Below, piece by piece: positions 9,557 through 17,327 of a stretch of DNA of 64,000 nucleotides. The stretch is taken from the NCBI GenBank assembly GCA_934254915.1, contig CAKQMH010000002.1, positions 85,259 through 149,258 on the forward strand, given 5' to 3'. This DNA is from an uncultured Alphaproteobacteria bacterium. Its GTDB lineage: Bacteria > Pseudomonadota > Alphaproteobacteria > RF32 > CAG-239. Positions within the stretch are counted from its first letter, which is position 1; each line of letters starts with the position of its first letter. A program made the translations under genes and the position numbers. A model generated the notes under the pieces. It did not search any database. It saw only the letters and a program-made list of their open reading frames with translations, and was not told the origin of the DNA.

Positions 9557-10522
9557 ATGGCTGAACTTAATTTTGAATTATTTAACAATACGCTGGTACA
9601 ACAACTGGTCGGACCGCAAGACAGCAACCTGCGTTTGATTGAAAAAATTCTTGGCGTCGAAATCGGTTCATTCGGCAACCAGATGACTATTAAAGGATCA
9701 GCCGAAGCAATTGAGCAGGCCAAAACCGCCATTGACGTCTTATACCACAAAGTCAGCAAAGGTATTGAGATTAACGAGCAGGAAGTTAAAGCCGCTTTGC
9801 GCATGAGCGATAACAGTATCGGCGCGGCTGATGCTCAGAACTTAAGCGACATTGTCTTAAAAACGAAAAAACGCCATATTTATCCGCGTTCAGCCACCCA
9901 AGCCGCCTATATTCAGGAAATGATGAAAAATGAACTAGTCTTCGGCTTAGGCCCTGCCGGTACCGGTAAAACCTATTTGGCGGTTGCTTTAGCCGTATCA
10001 ATGATGTTGGAAGGCAAAATCGATAAAATCATTCTCTCGCGCCCTGCGGTTGAAGCCGGCGAAAATCTTGGTTTTCTTCCCGGTGATTTGAAAGAAAAAG
10101 TCGATCCTTACCTGCGCCCGTTATATGATGCTTTATATGAAATGCTGCCGGCTGAACAGGTCGACAAAAAAATTGCTCTGGGCGAAATTGAAATCGCTCC
10201 GTTAGCTTTTATGCGCGGTCGCACTTTGTCCAACGCTTTTGTAATTTTGGATGAAGCCCAAAACACTACCCCGATGCAGATGAAAATGTTTTTAACCCGT
10301 TTGGGTGAAAATTCCCGCATGGTTGTCAACGGCGACCTATCACAGGTTGACTTGCCGCGCGGCACTATTTCCGGTTTGCGTGACGCGCTTGAAACCCTCA
10401 AAGACACATCCGGCATCAGCTCCGTACGTTTCAGTGCTACCGATGTTGTCCGCCATGGTTTGGTTGCCAAAATCGTTAAAGCCTATGAAGAAAAAAGCAA
10501 AAAAGAGTATGGTGATGAATAA
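9557..10522 (+). CDS. ybeZ: PhoH-like ATPase (YbeZ)
   Basis: 321 aa. Walker A GPAGTGKTYLAVA and ILDEAQN. Conserved position between miaB and ybeY. Confidence 0.85.
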   Translation: MAELNFELFNNTLVQQLVGPQDSNLRLIEKILGVEIGSFGNQMTIKGSAEAIEQAKTAIDVLYHKVSKGIEINEQEVKAALRMSDNSIGAADAQNLSDIVLKTKKRHIYPRSATQAAYIQEMMKNELVFGLGPAGTGKTYLAVALAVSMMLEGKIDKIILSRPAVEAGENLGFLPGDLKEKVDPYLRPLYDALYEMLPAEQVDKKIALGEIEIAPLAFMRGRTLSNAFVILDEAQNTTPMQMKMFLTRLGENSRMVVNGDLSQVDLPRGTISGLRDALETLKDTSGISSVRFSATDVVRHGLVAKIVKAYEEKSKKEYGDE

Positions 10523-11036
10523 TAACGACTTGCGCATAACCTTAAATGACGAGCGTTGGCAAACCGTTCTTCCTGACTATGAAACTGTTTCCAATCAGGT
10601 TTGGACAACGGCATTGGCCTATGTCAAAGAACATGAGGATATTGATTTTCTGCAATCAAACAAACCGATTGCGGTAAATTTGGCCCTGAGCAACGATTCG
10701 GAAATTCAAAAGCTCAATGCCGAATTTCGCCACTTGGATAAACCAACCAATGTTTTATCGTTCGCCAATATTGACGATGAAGATTTTGATAATCAAGTCG
10801 CTTATGATGATGTTATTGAGCTTGGCGATATTATGATTGCACTCGAAACCATGGAACGCGAGGCCGAGGAGCAAAAAATCAGTTTTACCGATCATTACAG
10901 CCACCTTTTGGCTCATGGTATTTTGCACCTTTTAGGTTTTGACCACCAACAAGATGACGAAGCCGAGTATATGGAAGGTTTTGAAATAAATATCCTTCAG
11001 CAGCTTAATGTTGCCAACCCTTATAAGGAGCAATGA
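10509..11036 (+). CDS. ybeY: Endoribonuclease YbeY (rRNA maturation factor)
   Basis: Motif HGILHLLGFDH. Start moved to the ATG at 10509, which overlaps the ybeZ end. The tracked ORF starts too early. Confidence 0.85.
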   Translation: MVMNNNDLRITLNDERWQTVLPDYETVSNQVWTTALAYVKEHEDIDFLQSNKPIAVNLALSNDSEIQKLNAEFRHLDKPTNVLSFANIDDEDFDNQVAYDDVIELGDIMIALETMEREAEEQKISFTDHYSHLLAHGILHLLGFDHQQDDEAEYMEGFEINILQQLNVANPYKEQ

Positions 11037-12558
11037 TTTGTTAAAAAGCAAACTGCTAAACCATAAAACCGCCGCCGCTTTTTTTGCCGGTTGGTTAGCG
11101 GTTGCGGCACTGCCGCCATATCATTGGTTTGTGGTATTGTTTGTTTGCTTTCCTCTGCTCTTATGGCTTTCCGAACAAGCCGGAAATTTCAAATCATCTT
11201 TCAAATTAGGTTATGCCTTCGGCTTTGCTTATTATGCTTTTGGTTTGTCCTGGATTGGCAATGCCGTCTTGATTGATGCCGCCTCTTTCGGTTGGCTTTA
11301 TCCGCTGATTCTTCTTGGCTGCGGAGCTTTTTTCGGCTTATTTACCGCTCTTCCTTTAGCTTTGAGCAGCTTTTGTTCTAAACACTATGCCCGTTGGCTG
11401 GCGTTCGGCGCTTGGTGGACATTGTTTGAATGGATTCGCAGTTGGTTTTTAACCGGTTTTCCGTGGAATCTGCTTGGTACTGTTTTAGCTTTCAATAACG
11501 AACTTATTCAAACCGCTGCCTGGGGCGGAACATATTTCTTGTCATTGCTAGTTATTCTCACCGCCTCATCCCCTTATTTATTTTGGTCGGCAGGGCGCAA
11601 AAAACAGCTTATTTACTTAATTTCGCTTTTGAGTATTTACGGACTGCTTTACCTTTACGGCTATTACCGTTTGCATGCCGCCGAACAAACTGAATCGACA
11701 ACAACCGTGCGTATTGTTCAGCCTGCCATTCCGCAAGCACAAAAATGGGATAAAGACGCTTTAGCATCCAATTTTCAAAACTATATTAATTTGAGCCGTC
11801 TGCCCGGACAAGATGATGCCGATTTTATTATCTGGGGCGAAACCGCAACACCTTATGCCTTAGATATGGACAACTATGCGCTTGAGGAGATTAAAACCGC
11901 AATTCCCACTCACGGTTATTTGATTACCGGTTTGGTTCGCTACCGCTTTGACGGCACACGCTATATACCCTATAATTCAATGTTTGTTTTGGATAAACAG
12001 GGCAACATTCGCGGTCAATACGACAAATCACACCTTGTGCCGTTCGGCGAGTATATTCCGCTGAAAAAACATCTGCCGGCATGGATTAAACCGGTTGTCA
12101 ACGTAATCGGTGAGTTTGGTGCCGGCAACGGACCGGAAAAAATATCCCTGCCCGACCAACCTTCTTTAGGAACACTTATTTGTTATGAAGTGATTTTCCC
12201 ATCTCAAATTATTGACCCTCACAATAAACCGCAATGGATTGTCAATTTGACCAATGACGGTTGGTACGGTGATTCGTCAGGCCCGCGGCAGCATTTGGCC
12301 AGTACCAGATTACGCGCCGTCGAAGAAGGTATAACCATTGTCCGCGCCGCCAACACCGGTATCAGCGCTTTAATATCGCCCTATGGAGAAATAAAACGGC
12401 GGCTGGATTTAAATCAACGCGGCGTTGTAGACTTCAAATTACCTTTGGTTGCAGAGTTTTCCACAACCTATGGTCGGTACGGAAACTCTATAATTTTGAT
12501 TTTATGCACTTTTATTTTATGCTTGGCATACGGCGCATGCCGTCAACAACACTCTTGA
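11008..12558 (+). CDS. lnt: Apolipoprotein N-acyltransferase
   Basis: 516 aa. N-terminal multi-TM region plus a CN-hydrolase domain (GTLICYEVIFP, NDGWYG). The start may be the TTG near 11038. Confidence 0.85.
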   Translation: MLPTLIRSNDLLKSKLLNHKTAAAFFAGWLAVAALPPYHWFVVLFVCFPLLLWLSEQAGNFKSSFKLGYAFGFAYYAFGLSWIGNAVLIDAASFGWLYPLILLGCGAFFGLFTALPLALSSFCSKHYARWLAFGAWWTLFEWIRSWFLTGFPWNLLGTVLAFNNELIQTAAWGGTYFLSLLVILTASSPYLFWSAGRKKQLIYLISLLSIYGLLYLYGYYRLHAAEQTESTTTVRIVQPAIPQAQKWDKDALASNFQNYINLSRLPGQDDADFIIWGETATPYALDMDNYALEEIKTAIPTHGYLITGLVRYRFDGTRYIPYNSMFVLDKQGNIRGQYDKSHLVPFGEYIPLKKHLPAWIKPVVNVIGEFGAGNGPEKISLPDQPSLGTLICYEVIFPSQIIDPHNKPQWIVNLTNDGWYGDSSGPRQHLASTRLRAVEEGITIVRAANTGISALISPYGEIKRRLDLNQRGVVDFKLPLVAEFSTTYGRYGNSIILILCTFILCLAYGACRQQHS

Positions 12559-12694
12559 AATACGCCGCAAAAGTTCCTATCTTATCAATTAGAGTACGTT
12601 AATATAAAATATTATATAAAAAAACTTATTGACGATTTAGCTTGAAAATTTTATTTATAGTTAAAGTGAGACCAACCTTAAGGGATGATTAGAT

Positions 12695-13192
12695 ATGACA
12701 AAAGAGATTAACCGAAAATCTAGCCGCGGCCGTACACCCCTCGGTGAGCCGAACCCGATTGATGTTCACGTTGGAAACCGCATCCGTTTAAGAAGAACGT
12801 TGTTGGGATTGAGCCAAGAAAAGCTTGCTTCTTTGCTGGGTTTGACTTTTCAACAAGTTCAAAAATACGAACGTGGCATGAACCGCGTTGGTGCTAGCCG
12901 TTTGTGGGACATCAGTAAAGTTTTGGAAGTTCCTATCAGCTTTTTCTACGAAGACATGGACAGCAGCGTTGCCAAACAAAGTCCGCGTATGTTCAGCCTG
13001 CCGGAAAGTCAGGTAAGCTTTTTGCAGGAAGAAGAAGTTCCTTTTGATGCCGATCCGATGTCGCGTCAGGAAACCATTGAACTGGTAAAAGCTTACTACA
13101 AGATTCCTAACCGTAAAGCGGCCAAGCATTTGTTTGATTTGATTGTAGCCTTGTCGAAAACAACCTACAACAATGAAGAACCCGAAAAATAA
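12695..13192 (+). CDS. XRE-family helix-turn-helix transcriptional regulator
   Basis: 165 aa with an HTH (LRRTLLGLSQEKLASLLGLTFQQVQKYERG). Occupies the conserved slot between lnt and trmB. Confidence 0.6.
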   Translation: MTKEINRKSSRGRTPLGEPNPIDVHVGNRIRLRRTLLGLSQEKLASLLGLTFQQVQKYERGMNRVGASRLWDISKVLEVPISFFYEDMDSSVAKQSPRMFSLPESQVSFLQEEEVPFDADPMSRQETIELVKAYYKIPNRKAAKHLFDLIVALSKTTYNNEEPEK

Positions 13193-13213
13193 AAAGTTTT
13201 TTCGCATTTTAAT

Positions 13214-13247
13214 AAAAAAAGCTGGTATTTTGCCGGCTTTTTTTTAT
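13214..13247. terminator. Intrinsic terminator (A-tract, hairpin, T-tract)
   Basis: Hairpin agctgg-tattttg-ccggct flanked by aaaaaaa and ttttttttt. Confidence 0.5.
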
Positions 13248-13279
13248 GATATAACAAACTAATTTTTCAGGAATACAAA

Positions 13280-14026
13280 ATGCTTTTAACCGACCATCAA
13301 TCAACCGCTAATCCCAAATTTTACGGCCGTCGTCAGGGACGCCGGATTCGCAAAGCCAAAACTACCCTGCTTGACGCTTTTTTACCGCAATTGAAAATCA
13401 ACGCGCAACAGCAATTTTCTCCTCAGGAAATTTTTCCGTTTACCCCGCGGCAAATCTGGCTGGAAATCGGCTTTGGCAATGGAGAACATTTAGCCGGACA
13501 AGCCTTAAAAAATCCTGATGTCGGTTTTATCGGAGCGGAAGTTTTTAAAAACGGCGTGGCCAATTTGCTTTCACTCATCACCGGTATTAAAGAAGGCGAT
13601 AATCTTCCTGCTCAAATCAACCTCTTGCCCGAACGCCGCGACAACATCCGTATTTTTGACAATGATGTCCGCTTATTGTTTAAGAACCTTCCCGATTCGT
13701 GCTTAGACAGGGTTTTTGTGTTATTTCCCGATCCTTGGCCGAAAAAACGCCATGCTTCCCGTCGTTTCATCAACCAAAATAATTTGAATGAGATTTCGCG
13801 AATTTTGAAAAAAGGCGGAATGTTGCGCATTGCCACCGATCACCCGATATACAAAACCTGGGCTTTACGCCAGACACACGAAAACGCAGCTTTTCGCTGG
13901 ACGGCATCTTGCGGCAACGATTGGAAACACGCCCCTGTCGATTGGGTGGAAACCAAATATCAGCGCAAAGCTCTGCGTGAAGGACGACGTCCGATATTTC
14001 TTGATTTTGAAAACCTAAAAAGCTAA
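13280..14026 (+). CDS. trmB: tRNA (guanine46-N7)-methyltransferase
   Basis: 248 aa with TrmB motifs EIGFGNGEHL and FPDPWPKKRH. Confidence 0.85.
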   Translation: MLLTDHQSTANPKFYGRRQGRRIRKAKTTLLDAFLPQLKINAQQQFSPQEIFPFTPRQIWLEIGFGNGEHLAGQALKNPDVGFIGAEVFKNGVANLLSLITGIKEGDNLPAQINLLPERRDNIRIFDNDVRLLFKNLPDSCLDRVFVLFPDPWPKKRHASRRFINQNNLNEISRILKKGGMLRIATDHPIYKTWALRQTHENAAFRWTASCGNDWKHAPVDWVETKYQRKALREGRRPIFLDFENLKS

Positions 14027-14038
14027 AGGATTAATAAT

Positions 14039-14566
14039 ATGCACACTATGGACTTTTTTTCATTCTGCCCGCACTGTGGTTCTGCAAACTTTATAATTAG
14101 CGCTCCCAACGCCAAAAAATGCTCTGATTGCGGCTTTGAACTTTTCAAAAATCCGGCCATCGGCGTTGCCGCTTTTATCTTAGATACGCAAGGAAGAGTT
14201 TTAATCACGCGCCGCAACACCGAACCTTATTTCGGCGCGCTTGACCTGCCCGGAGGCTTTGTTGATTTGGGGGAATCCATTGAACAGGCTTTGGAACGTG
14301 AATTACAGGAAGAGCTTAACATTACCGCCAAAGCCGATAAATATTTGTTCAGCCTTCCTAATTCCTATCCCTACAAAGGCTATGATGTTCAGCCTTTGGA
14401 TTTCTTTTTTGAGGCTCGCATTGTTGACGATTCGCAAATGCACCGCCAAGAAAGTGAGATTGGCGAAATTACCTTTATTGCACCGCAGCAATTAAATCCT
14501 GATGACTTTGGTTCGCCGTCAATAAAAAAGGCCATTGCAACCTATATCCAAAAATTTAAAGCCTGA
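14039..14566 (+). CDS. NUDIX hydrolase with N-terminal zinc ribbon (NudC-like)
   Basis: Zinc ribbon CPHCG...CSDCG plus a Nudix box (GGFVDLGESIEQALERELQEELNI). Confidence 0.6.
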   Translation: MHTMDFFSFCPHCGSANFIISAPNAKKCSDCGFELFKNPAIGVAAFILDTQGRVLITRRNTEPYFGALDLPGGFVDLGESIEQALERELQEELNITAKADKYLFSLPNSYPYKGYDVQPLDFFFEARIVDDSQMHRQESEIGEITFIAPQQLNPDDFGSPSIKKAIATYIQKFKA

Positions 14567-14632
14567 TACCCTTTGGTTTTAGAGTATTTTTTCTTGGTGT
14601 GATTATATAATAAACAACCAAGGAGGAATACC

Positions 14633-14872
14633 ATGAACAACAAACCGCAAATCAAAGATTATAGCCAACAGCGTTATCAGGATATTGACGATAAAGATTT
14701 TATTGTCCGCACCATTACGGAAGAAAAATTAATTGATTCCGTACCCTTGCTTGATGCGGAATTTGATCGCGATATGTATAATTTCGGCGATGAAGAAGAC
14801 TTACCCGACAGTGACCGCCTGATGCAGTGTCAGGCCAAAGGTATTAATCAAGAATCATGTTTTGATATTTAA
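14633..14872 (+). CDS. Small acidic hypothetical protein
   Basis: 79 aa, D/E-rich. RBS aaggagg upstream. Confidence 0.3.
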   Translation: MNNKPQIKDYSQQRYQDIDDKDFIVRTITEEKLIDSVPLLDAEFDRDMYNFGDEEDLPDSDRLMQCQAKGINQESCFDI

Positions 14873-14883
14873 ATACATATTGA

Positions 14884-14929
14884 CTTTCATATATATTATA
14901 TTTAATATATATCATATAATATATGAAAG
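14884..14929. promoter_or_regulatory. AT-rich imperfect 18-bp inverted repeat (putative operator/promoter element)
   Basis: ctttcatatatattatat-N10-tcatataatatatgaaag. Lies 11 bp upstream of the 14940 start codon. Confidence 0.4.
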
Positions 14930-14939
14930 GAACTAAATT

Positions 14940-15308
14940 ATGCCTAAAATTTTGACCTGTCTTTTGCCGATTATTCTTCTGATTTCCGCCTGCAATTCTC
15001 AGTCCTCTAGTCAGGAAGCGCTTGACAATCATAAAATTTATTTATTTTACCATAACGAATGCCCTTATTGCATTCAGGCTATGGACTATATCAATCAAAA
15101 CTACCCTGATTTAGAGGTAACTATGGTTAACATTTACAATAACGGCGGCATGAAACTTTTGCAACAATGCGCCGCCAAATTTAACCTTGGCGAACAGATT
15201 GGCACTCCGTTGTTTTGCTTTGGCGACAAATACATAATGGGTTGGTCGCAAGAAAATATCAGCCTCTTTAATCAGTATGCCACTGACTTTATCAACGCCA
15301 AGCCTTAA
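14940..15308 (+). CDS. Glutaredoxin/thioredoxin-like lipoprotein (CPYC motif)
   Basis: 122 aa. Signal peptide with lipobox LISAC, then YHNECPYC. Confidence 0.5.
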   Translation: MPKILTCLLPIILLISACNSQSSSQEALDNHKIYLFYHNECPYCIQAMDYINQNYPDLEVTMVNIYNNGGMKLLQQCAAKFNLGEQIGTPLFCFGDKYIMGWSQENISLFNQYATDFINAKP

Positions 15309-15366
15309 ATTTGCATTGCGAAAAATTGCATATCGGCTATACTGAGCAAAACAGTTGAGGAAAAAT

Positions 15367-16011
15367 ATGAACGAACAATTACCCTTAGACATCATGAAAA
15401 AAGCGGTTAAAGGCATCTCACAAATTGCCCACCCGCTGCGTTTGCGTATTTTGGAATATCTGGATGTTTACGGCAGTTCTTCGGTTTCGGAAATAACCAA
15501 AGCTATGCGTGAGGAACAAGCCATTGTTTCACAAAGCCTCAAAAAAATGCGTGAAACCGGTCTTGTAAAAACGCAACGACGCGGAGTTTTTATTTATTAC
15601 GATATCTGTGAAGAATATCCGGCCAGCATTTTTACCTGCCTGCGTAAACTTTATGGCTATATGACCGATGATTTTCGCTATCTGCAAGACGGCTATAAAG
15701 CTGTTTTGCCGGCAGACTATATGATGATGACTGCCAACCGCATCAAGCTTTTTGCCAATTTTGATAAAATGCGTATTATTGAGTTTTTGGCTCTCCACGA
15801 CGCCTGTAATGTTACGGAAATTATCAACGGGATCGGTTTGGAGCAGTTAAAAGTTTCGCAGGCACTGAAAAAAATGCGTGATGATGGTTTTGTCACCAGC
15901 ACTCGACAGGGACGTTTTATGATATATGAATTGACCGGCGGAGCACACAAAACCTGCATTCAATGTATTCATAAGCGCTATGATTCTTTAGCTGATAAAA
16001 GTAGTTTTTAA
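15367..16011 (+). CDS. Tandem ArsR/SmtB-type winged-HTH regulator (two wHTH domains in one chain)
   Basis: Two ArsR-like repeats (HPLRLRILEYL...VSQSLKKMRETGLV and MRIIEFL...VSQALKKMRDDGFV). ATG at 15367 is preferred over the in-frame TTG at 15355. Confidence 0.6.
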   Translation: MNEQLPLDIMKKAVKGISQIAHPLRLRILEYLDVYGSSSVSEITKAMREEQAIVSQSLKKMRETGLVKTQRRGVFIYYDICEEYPASIFTCLRKLYGYMTDDFRYLQDGYKAVLPADYMMMTANRIKLFANFDKMRIIEFLALHDACNVTEIINGIGLEQLKVSQALKKMRDDGFVTSTRQGRFMIYELTGGAHKTCIQCIHKRYDSLADKSSF

Positions 16012-16024
16012 TACTAAAAAAGCC

Positions 16025-16056
16025 GCCCTATCAGGCGGCTTTTTTACAACCATTTG
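16025..16056 (+). terminator. Rho-independent terminator
   Basis: agccgcc-ctatca-ggcggct followed by ttttt. Confidence 0.6.
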
Positions 16057-16065
16057 CAAATCAAA

Positions 16066-16353
16066 TTATTTAGAAGCTTTTTTCTTAGCAATTGATTTTT
16101 TGATTTTCTTAGCTTCTTCCGACAACTTGGTATTTGAAGTAGATTCCAAATAAGAATCCAAACCACCATTGTGTTCAATTGAACGCAAAGTTTTCGAACA
16201 AACTTTAAGTTTGAAAATTTTACCCAAAGTGTCGCTTAACAAAGAAACAACTTGCAAATTCGGCAAAAAGCGACGGCGGGATCTGTTGTTAGCGTGGCTG
16301 ACATTGTTTCCGCTCATAACGCCTGTACCGGTAATATCACATTTTTTAGCCAT
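16066..16353 (-). CDS. rpmB: 50S ribosomal protein L28
   Basis: 95 aa. MAKKCDITGTGVMSGNNVSHANNRSRRRFLPNL matches the L28 signature. Confidence 0.8.
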   Translation of the reverse strand: MAKKCDITGTGVMSGNNVSHANNRSRRRFLPNLQVVSLLSDTLGKIFKLKVCSKTLRSIEHNGGLDSYLESTSNTKLSEEAKKIKKSIAKKKASK

Positions 16354-16532
16354 AATTAAATTCCTTATAAAAAAACCAGTTGCCTTTTAATACTCATAAT
16401 TTTACGATAAGTCAAGGAAAAAATGTACAAAAAACTATGTTTGCCCTGCCGGAAAAGCTAAAATCAGCTGTCATATCATAAAAAAAAGATTGTTTTTCAT
16501 CTTCAGATGATGTAATTAAAGAAAAAGTTAAT

Positions 16533-16609
16533 GTACCCGTAGCTCAGTTGGATAGAGTATCAGCCTCCGACGCTGAGGGTCGTGGGTTCGAATCCCTCCG
16601 GGTACGCCA
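16533..16609 (+). tRNA. tRNA-Arg (anticodon CCG)
   Basis: Acceptor GTACCCG/CGGGTAC with encoded CCA. D-arm TAGCTCAGTTGGATAGAGT. Anticodon loop CTCCGAC. T-loop GTTCGAATC. One T.T mismatch in the T-stem. Confidence 0.8.
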
Positions 16610-16650
16610 ACCACCAAGCCGCCATTCAGGCGGCTTTTTTTGGTGGTTGG
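16610..16650. terminator. Extended GC hairpin terminator following the tRNA (ccaaccacca...gccgcc-attca-ggcggc-ttttttt-ggtggttgg)
   Basis: Nested inverted repeat with a T7 run. Confidence 0.6.
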
Positions 16651-16699
16651 TGTACCCGTGGAATACAAAAGCACAGAAGTGGGTTCGACTACCAGCGAA
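16618..16699 (+). repeat. Direct repeat copy 1 (terminator hairpin plus tRNA-like fragment)
   Basis: 82 bp, gccgccattcaggcggctttttttggtggttgg + tgtacccgtggaatacaaaagcacagaagtgggttcgactaccagcgaa. Confidence 0.7.
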
Positions 16700-16797
16700 A
16701 GCGATACGGGGGTATCGCGGTCAGCGTCAGCTGATGAGCGCCTGTGCAACTCGAGCGTAGCGAAGAGTAATCCCTCCTCCATTGTTACACAATGGAC

Positions 16798-16878
16798 GCC
16801 GCCATTCAGGCGGCTTTTTTTGGTGGTTGGCGTACCCGTGGATACGAAAACACAGAAGTGGGTTCGACTACCAGCGAA
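16798..16878 (+). repeat. Direct repeat copy 2 (about 93% identical, 180-bp period)
   Basis: 81 bp, the same unit with a few substitutions and a 1-nt indel. Confidence 0.7.
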
Positions 16879-17327
16879 GATTTTGGCCTTATTCTCCGTG
16901 CTGCGCATCAGTCGCGGCACTAATATTGTCATGTCGAGCAACGTCGAGACATCTCGGCTATATTTTTTTACAATGTTGCAACAAAATCAATGTCGGGACT
17001 TCGCCCGACAGTACGCTAATGCCGAGATTTCTCCATTCCGCTAGCGCTCCAGTCGAAATGACATTTAAAATATTCCTGCACCAATGCACTGAGTCATAGA
17101 AGTTCGGAGAACGGTCACAGATAAAGTGATTTTGAAGGCGAGAAAAATTTTAGTGTACACACTAGTACATGAATTTTTCGAGACCGCACAAAATCGCTTT
17201 AGATGTGCCGTTATACGAACTTCACAACACCAAGATATCCCCACTATCCACAACTCCACCCCTTCATATCCTTTGTCTTTTGAAAAAATATTGATTATAA
17301 AGAAGAAAAAATTAGAGGACTCTGACA

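Noticed and set aside
12559-12694. Possible sRNA in the 136-bp lnt-XRE intergenic region
   Set aside because: It contains a plausible promoter (TTGACG...TATAGT) and RBS (aagggatga) for the XRE gene but no convincing terminator or structured element. It is treated as an ordinary 5' regulatory region.
16618-16878. Possible CRISPR array (repeated GC-rich hairpin units)
   Set aside because: There are only two copies with a 180-bp period, the repeats are 81-82 bp and contain tRNA-like sequence, and there are no cas genes. This is not a CRISPR.
16528-17099. ORFs of 137 aa (-), 134 aa (+), 105 aa (+) and 70 aa (+) spanning the tRNA-Arg and repeat region
   Set aside because: They overlap the tRNA gene, the terminator hairpins and the direct repeats. 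Their repetitive amino-acid strings simply mirror the DNA repeats, and no RBS is present. They are spurious.
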